Below, in pieces: positions 47,467 through 56,460 of a stretch of 64,000 bases of DNA. Source of the DNA: a virus; the IMG/VR virus record IMGVR_UViG_3300045988_176686. One strand, given 5' to 3'. The notes beneath the pieces are model-generated. The model was given only the letters and a program-made list of their open reading frames with translations. It was not told the origin of the DNA and did no database searches. The number at the start of each line of letters is the position of its first letter. The first letter of the stretch is position 1. A program made the translations under genes and the position numbers.

Positions 47467-47748
47467 ATGATTATCATTAAAATCAAAACGTGGAAGGACT
47501 ATAAAAAGGACTTCATAAATTGGGTGCAAGCACCGCGACGCAAAACTTGTAAGGAATTTGTGAATTACATGGGAAGCGTTTCGCAAAAAGTAGTAGACAA
47601 GCGTCTTGCTGAAGAACTCGACAAAATAGAAGGGTTGAACGCAGCGCAAAAAGACAACATCATTCGCACCGCACAACAAGCCATTGTGGATTGCCAAAAA
47701 GGTACTTGCCAGTTGATTAACGAATGTGTACCCCAAAAACTTTTATAA
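47467..47748 (+). CDS. hypothetical protein
   Basis: 93-aa ORF with an A/C-rich leader. Confidence 0.5.
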   Translation: MIIIKIKTWKDYKKDFINWVQAPRRKTCKEFVNYMGSVSQKVVDKRLAEELDKIEGLNAAQKDNIIRTAQQAIVDCQKGTCQLINECVPQKLL

Positions 47749-47764
47749 CACGAACACCCACCAC

Positions 47765-48019
47765 ATGAAAAAGATAAACTATTCCTCGCAATCACTGCGC
47801 CACATCATTAGCAGTGCAATGGTAATCTTTATTCTGTTAATCATTGCAGCTTGCTTTTTAGTGACTGTTTCGGTAATGAGAGCCATTTCCTTTGCGCTAT
47901 TCATAATCAGCGCAATCACTGGGCTCTACTTAGTAGTTTTTATAACAGTCGATACGTTCTTGGATAAATTAAAGCATGAGCACGACAAGAAACAAAAACA
48001 CCACACCACATGGAAATAA
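47765..48019 (+). CDS. small membrane protein
   Basis: 84-aa version (ATG at 47765) of the track ORF. Two hydrophobic helices. Confidence 0.5.
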   Translation: MKKINYSSQSLRHIISSAMVIFILLIIAACFLVTVSVMRAISFALFIISAITGLYLVVFITVDTFLDKLKHEHDKKQKHHTTWK

Positions 48020-48240
48020 CCGGCAAGTTTCTTCTTCGTTGCATGCGTCACACCTCTATATGGGCATTGGACACTTTCATCATGGACGCTGCCTATCATC
48101 TTCAACACCTCCTTCCACCCATACCGTGCATATTGATAATGGCGGTGGGGATATATATCTTCGTATTCTACATGGTGCGCCTCGCAGGGTTTCTTGCATG
48201 TATTCTTTGCGGCGATGAATTGTTTAAGGACGAAAACTGA
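48010..48240 (+). CDS. small membrane protein
   Basis: 76-aa ORF overlapping the previous stop, with a hydrophobic C-terminal half. Confidence 0.5.
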   Translation: MEITGKFLLRCMRHTSIWALDTFIMDAAYHLQHLLPPIPCILIMAVGIYIFVFYMVRLAGFLACILCGDELFKDEN

Positions 48241-48280
48241 TTAACTAAACACCCCATGCAACAACGACCTCACCAAATTT
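48239..48280 (+). repeat. 42-bp direct repeat, copy 1 (copy of the large-terminase start region)
   Basis: GATTAACTAAACACCCCATGCAACAACGACCTCACCAAATTT matches 50001-50042 at 41 of 42 positions. Confidence 0.9.
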
Positions 48281-48305
48281 TGAAGAATTATAAAACAACA
48301 ACACC

Positions 48306-48602
48306 ATGTACATATCAATTTTAGATTACAGCCGAGGAACGGTTTCCATTATATACGACACTGAAAACGTGACCGAGAACATGCAGAACGAGGACGTTTA
48401 TACGCTACTCGACACATTAGGTTTTCATAAATCGAATATCTATTTTATGATTTCTAAGGAGAACCCTTACGAACCAGTGGGAGAATACATCACCTTGCAA
48501 AAACTTTGTGAGGATATAAATGAAGACAGAATAGAGGAATTGTCACATAACCTTAATCTCTCTACTGAAGACTTGACAAGAAAGGAGGTTCACCATGGCT
48601 AA
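48306..48602 (+). CDS. hypothetical protein
   Basis: 98-aa ORF and first gene of the repeat-flanked cassette. Confidence 0.5.
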   Translation: MYISILDYSRGTVSIIYDTENVTENMQNEDVYTLLDTLGFHKSNIYFMISKENPYEPVGEYITLQKLCEDINEDRIEELSHNLNLSTEDLTRKEVHHG

Positions 48603-49188
48603 GGACTGGGTTGGCGGCTCGGCTGCTGTGTTTAAGACATTAGGCGCAAGTAACCATACGGCTGCGGATAGGCAAAGTGAGGATTACTATGCCACCGAAC
48701 CAAAAGCTACAGAATGGCTGTGCAAACTGGAGCAGTTTGAGGGCAGGATATTGGAACCTTCGTGTGGTGAGGGTCACATGAGTAGGGTGTTAGAGGCAGC
48801 AGGGTATGACGTGGTGAGCCGCGACCTTGTGGATAGGGGTTACGGCAAAGTGGCAGACTTTCTTGCAATAGACAATTTGAAGTGGGATGGAAACATCGTG
48901 ACCAATCCTCCATACAAATTCGCGCAGCAGTTTGTTGAAAAGGCTCTGAGCATCATTCCCGAAGGAAAGAAAGTGGCGATGTTTTTGAAACTGACTTTTC
49001 TCGAAGGCAAGGCACGACGCACTCTCTTCCGTTCTACCCCACCCATTCGTGTATGGGTAAGTTCTTCACGACTGAAATGTGCTATGAATGGCGACTTCGA
49101 TGCTTTCGGCAGCAGCGCAGCGGCTTACGCTTGGTTTGTGTGGGAGAAAGGCTATAAAGGTGAGACAACTGTAAAATGGTTTAACTGA
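48595..49188 (+). CDS. small N6-adenine DNA methyltransferase (NPPY)
   Basis: EPSCGEGHMS (AdoMet motif I) and IVTNPPYKF (motif IV). Confidence 0.75.
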   Translation: MAKDWVGGSAAVFKTLGASNHTAADRQSEDYYATEPKATEWLCKLEQFEGRILEPSCGEGHMSRVLEAAGYDVVSRDLVDRGYGKVADFLAIDNLKWDGNIVTNPPYKFAQQFVEKALSIIPEGKKVAMFLKLTFLEGKARRTLFRSTPPIRVWVSSSRLKCAMNGDFDAFGSSAAAYAWFVWEKGYKGETTVKWFN

Positions 49189-49209
49189 TAGATTTACAAA
49201 AAACAAAGC

Positions 49210-49980
49210 ATGATAGAACTGAATAAGATATATAATGAAGACTGCCTTGAAGGAATGAAAAGAATACCGGACGGGAGTGTGGATTGCATTGTGTGCGATT
49301 TGCCGTATGAAGTTCTGAACAAAGGCAATAAAAAAGCACGATGGGATAACATGATCCCGATGGAGCCTCTATTCAAGGAATACTGGCGAATAGCGAAAAT
49401 TAACGCTCCTATTATTCTCTTCTGCCAAGGAATGTTTACGGCACAGCTAATGATGGCATCACCTGACACATGGCGATATAATCTAATTTGGCAAAAAGAC
49501 AGACCAACGGGCTTTCTCAATGCGAAGCGAATGCCGATGCGGAGCCATGAGGATATTGCTGTGTTCTATCGTGCGCTACCTACATACAACCCGCAAATGA
49601 GACAAGGTTCCCCCTCTCACTCGCGAGGACATAAATGCGGAAAAGCAAATGGTAATGTCTGTTATGGCAACTATAATATTGAGACCTACTCTAAAGAAGT
49701 AACAACAGAGAAATATCCTATATCTGTATTGTTCTTCGACAAAGAAAAGAATCTTGATATGCACCCCACTCAAAAGCCCGTAGATCTTATTCAGTACCTC
49801 ATTCGCACCTACTCCAACGAGGGCGACACCATATTAGACAACTGTATGGGCAGTGGCACCACTGCCATTGCTTGTATAAAAGAGAAGCGCAACTTCATCG
49901 GTTTTGAACTCAACAAGGAGTATTACGACAAGGCTTGCAAGCGTATCAAACAGGAGCGGGCGCAACTTACCCTCTTCTGA
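49210..49980 (+). CDS. beta-class N4/N6 DNA methyltransferase
   Basis: N-terminal SVDCIVCDLPY (motif IV) and C-terminal ILDNCMGSGTTAIAC (motif I). This order defines the beta class. Confidence 0.8.
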   Translation: MIELNKIYNEDCLEGMKRIPDGSVDCIVCDLPYEVLNKGNKKARWDNMIPMEPLFKEYWRIAKINAPIILFCQGMFTAQLMMASPDTWRYNLIWQKDRPTGFLNAKRMPMRSHEDIAVFYRALPTYNPQMRQGSPSHSRGHKCGKANGNVCYGNYNIETYSKEVTTEKYPISVLFFDKEKNLDMHPTQKPVDLIQYLIRTYSNEGDTILDNCMGSGTTAIACIKEKRNFIGFELNKEYYDKACKRIKQERAQLTLF

Positions 49981-50000
49981 TAACACACAAAAAAACAAAC

Positions 50001-50042
50001 GATTAACTAAACACCCCATGCAACAACAACCTCACCAAATTT
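50001..50042 (+). repeat. 42-bp direct repeat, copy 2 (contains the terminase ATG at 50018)
   Basis: See copy 1. Confidence 0.9.
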
Positions 50043-52015
50043 ACCTCACGCGCTTTCAGCAACAATCGCTCTACATGGCTGCTAAGGATGAGCGAGTAAT
50101 TGCTGCCCGCCGTGTGGGAAAGACCGACGGACTTGTGGCACCTTACGTGTGGATGGCAAGTCAGTCGATGCCGGGTATGCTTGGTGCTTGGGTGGCAGTG
50201 AGCCGACAGCAAGGCTTTGGCAAGACCATACCAAGCACGATGGCAGCTATGGAGCGCATGTTTGGCTTTGTGCAAGGCGTTCACTTTGGGTGGGGACGTC
50301 CGCCTAAGCATGCCAAACCCAGCATTTTTAAGCCTAAGAATTACGACAACTATATTTGGTTTGCCAACGGAGCGGGGTGGGTGCTCATTTCGCTCTCGCA
50401 AACTGCCTCGGCAAACTCTTACACCTTCTCGGCTATGGTGGGCGACGAGGCACGTTTTTTTCCCTATAAAAAGGTGACGGACGAACTGATGCCTGCGCTT
50501 TCGGGTCAAACACACCCCTTGGGCGACATCGCGTTTTCCGACCACAATCCGCTCTACAAAAGCACGCGCTTCCTCTCTGATGCCTCGCTCACCACCAAAG
50601 GCTCATGGTTGGAACGCGAGGAGGAGAAGCTTGACCTCGAAATTGAAACAGGACAGTTCAAGGGCAAAACTTACCGATGGGTGCAGGAGCAACTGGAGGA
50701 TTATGCCGACAAGATTATCCGCTACAACGACCTGCTGTATAATGCCCGCAAGTCGGGACACATTGTCCATGTGGTTCCCGATGAGATGCGCCAAGTGATG
50801 CGTGCCGTTGCACTGAAGATGATGCGCCATGAAGGGCAATTCCGCATCATGCCTAACCACGGACTGCATGTGACGCGAGCGATGGTGACCATGGCGGTGA
50901 ACTACCACCTTATTGACCCAAACGATGCCGAACTGATTTACGACTACGAATACCTCATTACGCCAGAGGAAGATTTTGAAATGCAGAAGTTCTTGCGTTC
51001 CAAAAAATTCTCTGAAGGTTATTTGCGCGAATTGCGTCGTGTGGCTTTTGTGGTGCGCAGAGCAAGCACCCTCTCGAATGTGGATCTTCTTTCTGAGGAT
51101 TACATCCGACAGATGAAGCGCGATCTTCCAGCCTACACGTTCATGGTCAGTATTATGAACGTAAAGATGCAAAAGTCGAACGATGGTTTTTATAGCAACC
51201 TTGATATTGATCATGTGCATGGCTACATTCCAGAGGACGTTGATCCCCTAAGTCAAGCAAATTTCAGTACCCAAAAAGCAACGGGCATTGTGGACGGCAA
51301 ACGCATTACAAGCGAAAGTTATCAGCCCGACTTTAAGGAACTGAGCGAGCGCAACGATTGCCGCATGGACTCTGACTGCCACATGAGCGAACCTTTGTAC
51401 CTTGCACTCGACTATAATGCCAACATCAATACGCTTGTGGTGGGACAGAAATATGAGCGCGATGGGGTAATGGCTCTCAATGTCATTAAGTCGTTCTATG
51501 TGAAGAACGAGCGCAAACTGCGCGAACTCATTCAAGACTTTTCGCGCTACTATGCTCCCAAACGTGCCATTTGTAGCGATGTGGTGTATTTTTACGACGC
51601 CACTGCCAAACAGGGTGCATCGTATGCCACCACCGACGAACGATTTTATATGGCGGTGATTAAGGAGTTGCAAGCCGCGGGGTGGACGGTGCGCGGCATC
51701 GACATGGGTGTGCCCGAACGTCACGACGTGAAGCACCGCCTTATTAACGAGGCTTTGGCGGGAGTTACATTCCCAGCCATACGCATTAACCAACCCAACA
51801 ACCCCGACCTCATTATTGCCATGCAGCTGTGTGAGGTCAGCCTGTCGTATCGCGGTTTTCAAAAAGACAAGAGCCAAGAAAAGAAACCTGAGACTGAGGA
51901 TAACCTACCCCTTCAGCAACGAACCGACTTTACCGATGCCTTCGATACGCTATGGTTAGGCGTGAAATACTTTATCGGTCGCTTCGGTTGGGCGTGGATG
52001 CCTGGGGGATATTAA
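50018..52015 (+). CDS. terL: terminase large subunit
   Basis: Walker A-like AARRVGKTDG and Walker B-like AMVGDEARF. 665 aa from the ATG at 50018. The track start at 49904 lies inside the methylase gene. Confidence 0.7.
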   Translation: MQQQPHQIYLTRFQQQSLYMAAKDERVIAARRVGKTDGLVAPYVWMASQSMPGMLGAWVAVSRQQGFGKTIPSTMAAMERMFGFVQGVHFGWGRPPKHAKPSIFKPKNYDNYIWFANGAGWVLISLSQTASANSYTFSAMVGDEARFFPYKKVTDELMPALSGQTHPLGDIAFSDHNPLYKSTRFLSDASLTTKGSWLEREEEKLDLEIETGQFKGKTYRWVQEQLEDYADKIIRYNDLLYNARKSGHIVHVVPDEMRQVMRAVALKMMRHEGQFRIMPNHGLHVTRAMVTMAVNYHLIDPNDAELIYDYEYLITPEEDFEMQKFLRSKKFSEGYLRELRRVAFVVRRASTLSNVDLLSEDYIRQMKRDLPAYTFMVSIMNVKMQKSNDGFYSNLDIDHVHGYIPEDVDPLSQANFSTQKATGIVDGKRITSESYQPDFKELSERNDCRMDSDCHMSEPLYLALDYNANINTLVVGQKYERDGVMALNVIKSFYVKNERKLRELIQDFSRYYAPKRAICSDVVYFYDATAKQGASYATTDERFYMAVIKELQAAGWTVRGIDMGVPERHDVKHRLINEALAGVTFPAIRINQPNNPDLIIAMQLCEVSLSYRGFQKDKSQEKKPETEDNLPLQQRTDFTDAFDTLWLGVKYFIGRFGWAWMPGGY

Positions 52016-52041
52016 ACATGAATGAATAACTAAACATAAAT

Positions 52042-52081
52042 GCAGAAAAAGGGGAGCGCGTCATCACGACGAACTCCCCTT
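52042..52081 (-). terminator. intrinsic terminator between the convergent GNAT and terminase genes
   Basis: Stem AAGGGGAG/CTCCCCTT (52049-56 with 52074-81). U-rich run follows on the minus strand. Confidence 0.65.
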
Positions 52082-52122
52082 CATTGCATATTTAATACCC
52101 TGATTAAATAAAGAGCTATACT

Positions 52123-52701
52123 TTACAATTCTTTTACCAGCAACGAACTGTGACGTCCAAATTCCTTTTCGTTATATCCAAGTCGCTCATACCATCGTAG
52201 CACCCATTCATCGGACTCGCGTCTGTCCCATTCCAAGCAAACGGTTTTGCAACCCATCTTCTTAGCTTCGCGTTCTGCCGTTTCAAGCAGTTTGCGGGCT
52301 ACGCCTTGTTTACGATAAGGTTCATCTACCCATAGGGCATAAATCAGTGCGTCGGCTTTGCCTTCTATGCGGTTATCGTCAGCATTCTTGTCGGGAATGC
52401 TTACTTGCACAGAGCTACGATGTATTCCGTCCACTATGAGTATTCGGTGTTCTTGATACCATTGTTGATGTAGCACCCTTTTGGTTTTCAGTTCAATCTT
52501 TGCAATAACATGTGCGGTATAATCTTCCCCCATTTCCCTCTCAACCATCGACATGATAGGCGAATGCTCTATGTGAGCAAGGGGAATGGGTTTCACTTCG
52601 GGTAGGTGACTATATTTGCTTTGATCGAAGATGCTATCTGAAATCACCGATATGGCAGCCGCTGCAAGCACGATGCAAATAATCAGTACGATTGTAATCA
52701 T
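52123..52701 (-). CDS. GNAT-family N-acetyltransferase with N-terminal membrane anchor
   Basis: WVDEPYRKQGVARKLLETAEREAKKMG is GNAT motif A. The N-terminus MITIVLIICIVLAAAAISVI is hydrophobic. Confidence 0.75.
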   Translation of the reverse strand: MITIVLIICIVLAAAAISVISDSIFDQSKYSHLPEVKPIPLAHIEHSPIMSMVEREMGEDYTAHVIAKIELKTKRVLHQQWYQEHRILIVDGIHRSSVQVSIPDKNADDNRIEGKADALIYALWVDEPYRKQGVARKLLETAEREAKKMGCKTVCLEWDRRESDEWVLRWYERLGYNEKEFGRHSSLLVKEL

Positions 52702-52704
52702 TTT

Positions 52705-52932
52705 TTATTGTCTTCTAAATGATTTTACTATCCAAACTATACGACGAACTATCCCTATAGCAAAAAGGAAAGTCCATAACAGAACTGCACGAGGAACGAG
52801 ATAACAAACATCTTTTACAAAAGTATCTGAGTTGTGTAAATTGTTAACTATATCAAGGTCTTTTTCGCATTCTTCCAACACCTTCTCTCGTATTATAAAT
52901 AATTTGCTATCTATTTCTTCTTTCCTGTTCAT
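52705..52932 (-). CDS. small membrane protein
   Basis: 75-aa ORF with a C-terminal hydrophobic helix. Confidence 0.45.
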   Translation of the reverse strand: MNRKEEIDSKLFIIREKVLEECEKDLDIVNNLHNSDTFVKDVCYLVPRAVLLWTFLFAIGIVRRIVWIVKSFRRQ

Positions 52933-53546
52933 ATTCTATGTCCAATTTTACCTGCCTTACATTGTTTAATCCATTTTCTTAGCCAAGTTTTTTCTTTGAT
53001 TGTGGCGGTATAAAATTGTGTGATATAGCCATAAGTGCAGCGGTAAGGTGCACGCTGCATTTCGCCATAGTACTTGTCAGCAAAGGCTATGTAATGAACT
53101 TCGCCATGCTCGTCAATATGATGAATTTGAACAAGCGAATTGTCTAAGGCTTTAACTATATCACCACAACGCACTTTGTCGGCATCAACAGGAATGTTGG
53201 AAACTGCCTTTTTGTCTTTCTTTGACTTTGCCTTCACAATGCGCCATTTGCGTTTGCCTTGGCGAATGATGTGATATTTATTGCGATCGGGGTGTATCAG
53301 ATAGCCACGCGTGCCAATACGTGGGTTAATTCTGCGATGACTCGGAAAGATGATGCGGTCTAAGTAGACGGGCACCCCCGTCTTAAATATTTCCTTAAAA
53401 TTATCGCAAGCTTCAATCACCTGCAACCGCCAACCTTGGCGTCGTGCCAATTCAGTGAGCAACATTTCTTGATGATGCAATCTATGATACATATTATCTA
53501 CCCAAGGCTGACACTTACGTCTTAACTCTTTCAGCTTAATTTTCAT
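52929..53546 (-). CDS. hypothetical protein (C-terminal domain shared with 60168-60767)
   Basis: The C-terminal stretch GDIVKALDNSLVQIHHIDEHGEVHY...TYGYIT parallels GDIVHASDDSLVLIHHIGAEGEVYY...HYGFIT in the other protein. Confidence 0.55.
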   Translation of the reverse strand: MKIKLKELRRKCQPWVDNMYHRLHHQEMLLTELARRQGWRLQVIEACDNFKEIFKTGVPVYLDRIIFPSHRRINPRIGTRGYLIHPDRNKYHIIRQGKRKWRIVKAKSKKDKKAVSNIPVDADKVRCGDIVKALDNSLVQIHHIDEHGEVHYIAFADKYYGEMQRAPYRCTYGYITQFYTATIKEKTWLRKWIKQCKAGKIGHRI

Positions 53547-53773
53547 GTCATAAAAGCTTTATAAATCCAATAAAAAAATGTGCAGTGGTTTTAATTAGTT
53601 TTCCTTCTCATATCATGCGTCTGCACCAGCATCCGTTAATTACGTTGTACGGCCACCTCAGACATCGCGAACAAGGTGCGTCGGCTAATCACACGCCCTG
53701 TCGCGACGGAGGCAGGACTACGATCCTTTGGCCTTCGGGATAGTTATGCCTTGTGCGCCACGTGGCAGCGGAC

Positions 53774-54247
53774 TTAGGCGTCCAAGTTGCCACCACCTGG
53801 CTGCTGCGTGCCACCAGTTGATGATGAACCACCGCCACCATCGGTTGTGGGTTCGTCACCCTCGTTGTCCTTAGTCCACGAAGTCTTGGCAGTAGCCACG
53901 GCAGCATGCACTTCGGTGCTGGGGTAGAAGGCCACACCAATTTTGTGTTCCACACCCACTTGCTCGTCGGCAGTTTTAGTCCATGCACCGCTGCAAGTAA
54001 AGCCAATGTTGCCGATACCCTTCAGTTCGACAGACTTACCTGCCGACAAGGTTTCCTGAATGGCATCGAGCATCAGTTCAAAAGCCATACGAAGCTCTGC
54101 CTTGTGCATGGTGGTGTTTTTACTTGCAGACGCAACGAGTGAGTCCATGTCTGCCTTACCGTTGGACTTTACGGTTGTACGAAAACCTACTTCCTTAGTT
54201 TGCGGATTGACGGTTTTCGTCTTTGAAAATTTGAGTGTCATTGCCAT
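53774..54247 (-). CDS. HU/IHF-like DNA-binding protein (Bacteroidota HU type) with Gly-rich tail ending GNLDA
   Basis: AELRMAFELMLDAIQETLSAGKSVELKGIGNIGF fits the HU fold pattern. The tail reads GGGGSSSTGGTQQPGGGNLDA. Confidence 0.6.
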   Translation of the reverse strand: MAMTLKFSKTKTVNPQTKEVGFRTTVKSNGKADMDSLVASASKNTTMHKAELRMAFELMLDAIQETLSAGKSVELKGIGNIGFTCSGAWTKTADEQVGVEHKIGVAFYPSTEVHAAVATAKTSWTKDNEGDEPTTDGGGGSSSTGGTQQPGGGNLDA

Positions 54248-54297
54248 AAATCAAAATGGTATTAACTCGTTAAACATATAGCATATACCAAAACATG

Positions 54298-54351
54298 GTT
54301 TCGCGCGAAACTTTTTCAATCTTCGCGCGAAGTTTTGAAAATCTTCGCGCG
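54298..54351. promoter_or_regulatory. three TTCGCGCGAA palindromes at 22-bp spacing in the leader of the HU-like gene
   Basis: CGCGCG cores at 54302, 54324 and 54346. The 54-bp block is identical to 19021-19074. Confidence 0.6.
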
Positions 54352-54377
54352 AAACTTGTTTTTCGTATGCTCACGGG

Positions 54378-54413
54378 CAAAGTTACAAAAGGTCCTTTCG
54401 GTGGTACGGACAA
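54378..54413 (-). promoter_or_regulatory. TGTCC-class promoter (TTGTCCGTAC-N18-TAACTTTG) for the HU-like gene
   Basis: Minus strand has TTGTCCGTAC at 54413-54404 and TAACTTTG at 54385-54378. Confidence 0.45.
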
Positions 54414-54419
54414 AGTGTG

Positions 54420-55216
54420 TTACGCCTGGGGCTTGTAAGGATCGCACGTGCCGAGCAAATGCTTTGTGTCGTCGTTGTAGGGTATGCACTGAAGCCAACA
54501 GGCGCTGACACAATCATACGGTGCATCTTCGTCTTTGCTAACAAACAAGTCGCATGTCCACATGTCATTATCTCCATCTCGCACAAGCACCTCGTCAAAA
54601 GGCTCCAACTTGAACTGCGCAGCAGGCTTCTCATTCTTCTCTGGCACTGGTTCAACGCATTTCTTTTCGGCATTCCATTGCAAATAATGCTCACTCAAGG
54701 ATTTATTCATTTCAAACACTTCACAATCGCAAGCCGGCAGGCACCTAACTTCGCTCGCATGGGGGGTTATGAGAACAATGGACAAGCCTTCCCGGCCGTA
54801 CCACTTATCTGAATCAATTTCCATACAGGCATGGAAATGAATAAGGCCATCACTCCAGTCACATTTTTTGAAAATCATAATGTATTTATTCGAATTTTCA
54901 CGCCAGCTGTCGTACTCTTTCACCACCATTATGTCACCATTTTCAAACTGGGTTACGTCCCACTGGCGCAATACCTTTGACGGGAAAAGGAGGCATTCGC
55001 CATTGTCGGACACACAGTCCTTTTTACCGCAAAAACGGCCATATCCCGTAAATCTTACGTAACCTATTTCAGTATAGTCGTGAGTGCGGCAATAAATGAG
55101 GTCCTCGTCATCGTCTATATGTCGAGGAACAAATCACCACAAATAGGTGAATAGAGCTTTGTGCCTCTCGGTTGCTTTTTCAGAATGTCCGCAATGTTGA
55201 TATTGTCTGTTGCCAT
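54420..55216 (-). CDS. hypothetical protein, paralogue of 59935-60171 at its N-terminus, frame broken
   Basis: A 33-aa ORF (55115-55216, MATDNINIADILKKQPRGTKLYSPICGDLFLDI) aligns with MNIAEILRKCPKWTKLYSPVYGEVEL. It continues in the -1 frame as IDDDEDLIYC...ECLLFPSK into the 197-aa track ORF. Confidence 0.5.
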
Positions 55217-55229
55217 AATGTTTATAATG

Positions 55230-55245
55230 TTTTTTTGGGGGGGGG
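55230..55245. repeat. T7G9 homopolymer pair (C9A7 on the coding strand) 14-29 nt upstream of the ATG at 55216
   Basis: Read directly. Confidence 0.9.
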
Positions 55246-55416
55246 TAGTTTTGTTGTCGTTATATCGTCACTTGTTTAATCATAATCGGGCAGTCGCTCC
55301 CATTCGGTCTTGCGAAGTAACAAGCCTTGTGCATGTTTTGCATGTCTCGCTCCGTATGCGACAGGGCAAAGCGCAAACAAGCCTTGCGCTCCTTGCAGCC
55401 TTGCCCGTCGCATGAT

Positions 55417-55953
55417 TTAATCTTGCTCATTTTCGTCAAGCTCTTTTATCAGTTGCTCGTAGCTCTTGGTGGTGCCTACCAATCGTTCGGTAGCTTTGGA
55501 TAGGGGGAGAACTTGTCGCCAAGTGTATTTGTGGCGTCCTGGACCGTAAAATAGCACATCACCATCAGTATTCTTTCCTGCACAGGCCAAAACATTCCAA
55601 GGTCCATTATCGTCATCTCTCACCAAACAAGGTTGCCACTTTTGCGGCACAAAGTTGGAGTAGTTGCGGAAGTAGGTGGGGACTTTAATATGGAGGTCTA
55701 AATCTGTATCCTTGGTAATATAATACATACCATTGCGCATAAACTCGCACACCCTTTCATGTCCATCTTTTATTTTCACCAAAGCTATTACGTTGGAGGG
55801 CGAGATAGGGCTTCTTTTATCCTCCCTATCTATGCAGATTATTCTTGCCTCGCGTCCGTCTCGCGTCACTATCTCTCCTTTCACTTCCTTGTTGGTTATC
55901 TTCTTCGCCAATTCAAGGTCGAAAGGAATGCGTTTAAAAAATTGATTATTCAT
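55417..55953 (-). CDS. hypothetical protein (paralogue of 60784-61557)
   Basis: Shared blocks FKRIPF.L.LAKKITNKEV.G.IVTR.G..ARI.C and KWQPCLVRDDD..W.VL.CAG. Confidence 0.55.
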   Translation of the reverse strand: MNNQFFKRIPFDLELAKKITNKEVKGEIVTRDGREARIICIDREDKRSPISPSNVIALVKIKDGHERVCEFMRNGMYYITKDTDLDLHIKVPTYFRNYSNFVPQKWQPCLVRDDDNGPWNVLACAGKNTDGDVLFYGPGRHKYTWRQVLPLSKATERLVGTTKSYEQLIKELDENEQD

Positions 55954-56039
55954 TTTTTTATTGTTGATAGAATTTTAAGAATTGCATTTCAATAATGAAT
56001 ATTGATTACACAAGAACCGGCAATCAATATTCACTTTTG

Positions 56040-56276
56040 CTATTTACGTAAATTTCGATATTTGCCTTTGTTTATAGGCCAAAGCATGAATACGCAGAAT
56101 GCAACGGCTGCAAACACGACAAAAAACATGGGCAACCAAACGGGCAGTGTGATCCACCACCACGACCACTGCACTACGCCAGTGAGTTTGAGCGTAAGCA
56201 GGATGTAGAACGGAATGCCACCAAGGAGGTAGAACTTGATGGGATTTACTGGGAATACTTTTTTTACGTTTTCCAT
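56040..56276 (-). CDS. small two-helix membrane protein
   Basis: 78-aa ORF with two hydrophobic helices. Confidence 0.5.
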   Translation of the reverse strand: MENVKKVFPVNPIKFYLLGGIPFYILLTLKLTGVVQWSWWWITLPVWLPMFFVVFAAVAFCVFMLWPINKGKYRNLRK

Positions 56277-56290
56277 AAGTGTTTATGTTG

Positions 56291-56452
56291 TTAGAGTTCA
56301 ATTAAGATTTTTATATGTTTCCACCCCACTATTGTGTGAATAGTGGGCGCAATGCCAAGGGGAGAGAAAACACGTCGCGAGTGTTCAAACCAACCATTAT
56401 AGGGCGGGAAGTTTAGGCTACCCACTACAAAGGTGTGAAGAGTGCGGTTCAT
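56291..56452 (-). CDS. 53-aa mini-ORF resembling a C5-cytosine methyltransferase variable-region segment (copy A)
   Basis: Hand translation: MNRTLHTFVVGSLNFPPYNGWFEHSRRVFSPLGIAPTIHTIVGWKHIKILIEL. Below the 60-aa cutoff of the ORF track. Confidence 0.4.
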   Translation of the reverse strand: MNRTLHTFVVGSLNFPPYNGWFEHSRRVFSPLGIAPTIHTIVGWKHIKILIEL

Positions 56453-56460
56453 GGGGTAAG

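Noticed and set aside
49904-50017. Track start of the large-terminase ORF at 49904
   Set aside because: This extension lies inside the preceding methyltransferase gene in another frame. The ATG at 50018 has the A/C-rich leader typical of this genome and is the ATG duplicated in the 42-bp repeat.
53689-54006. 105-aa minus-strand ORF overlapping the HU-like gene
   Set aside because: It is out of frame inside a well-supported gene. The Arg/Pro/Trp-rich translation is typical of a shadow frame in GC-richer sequence.
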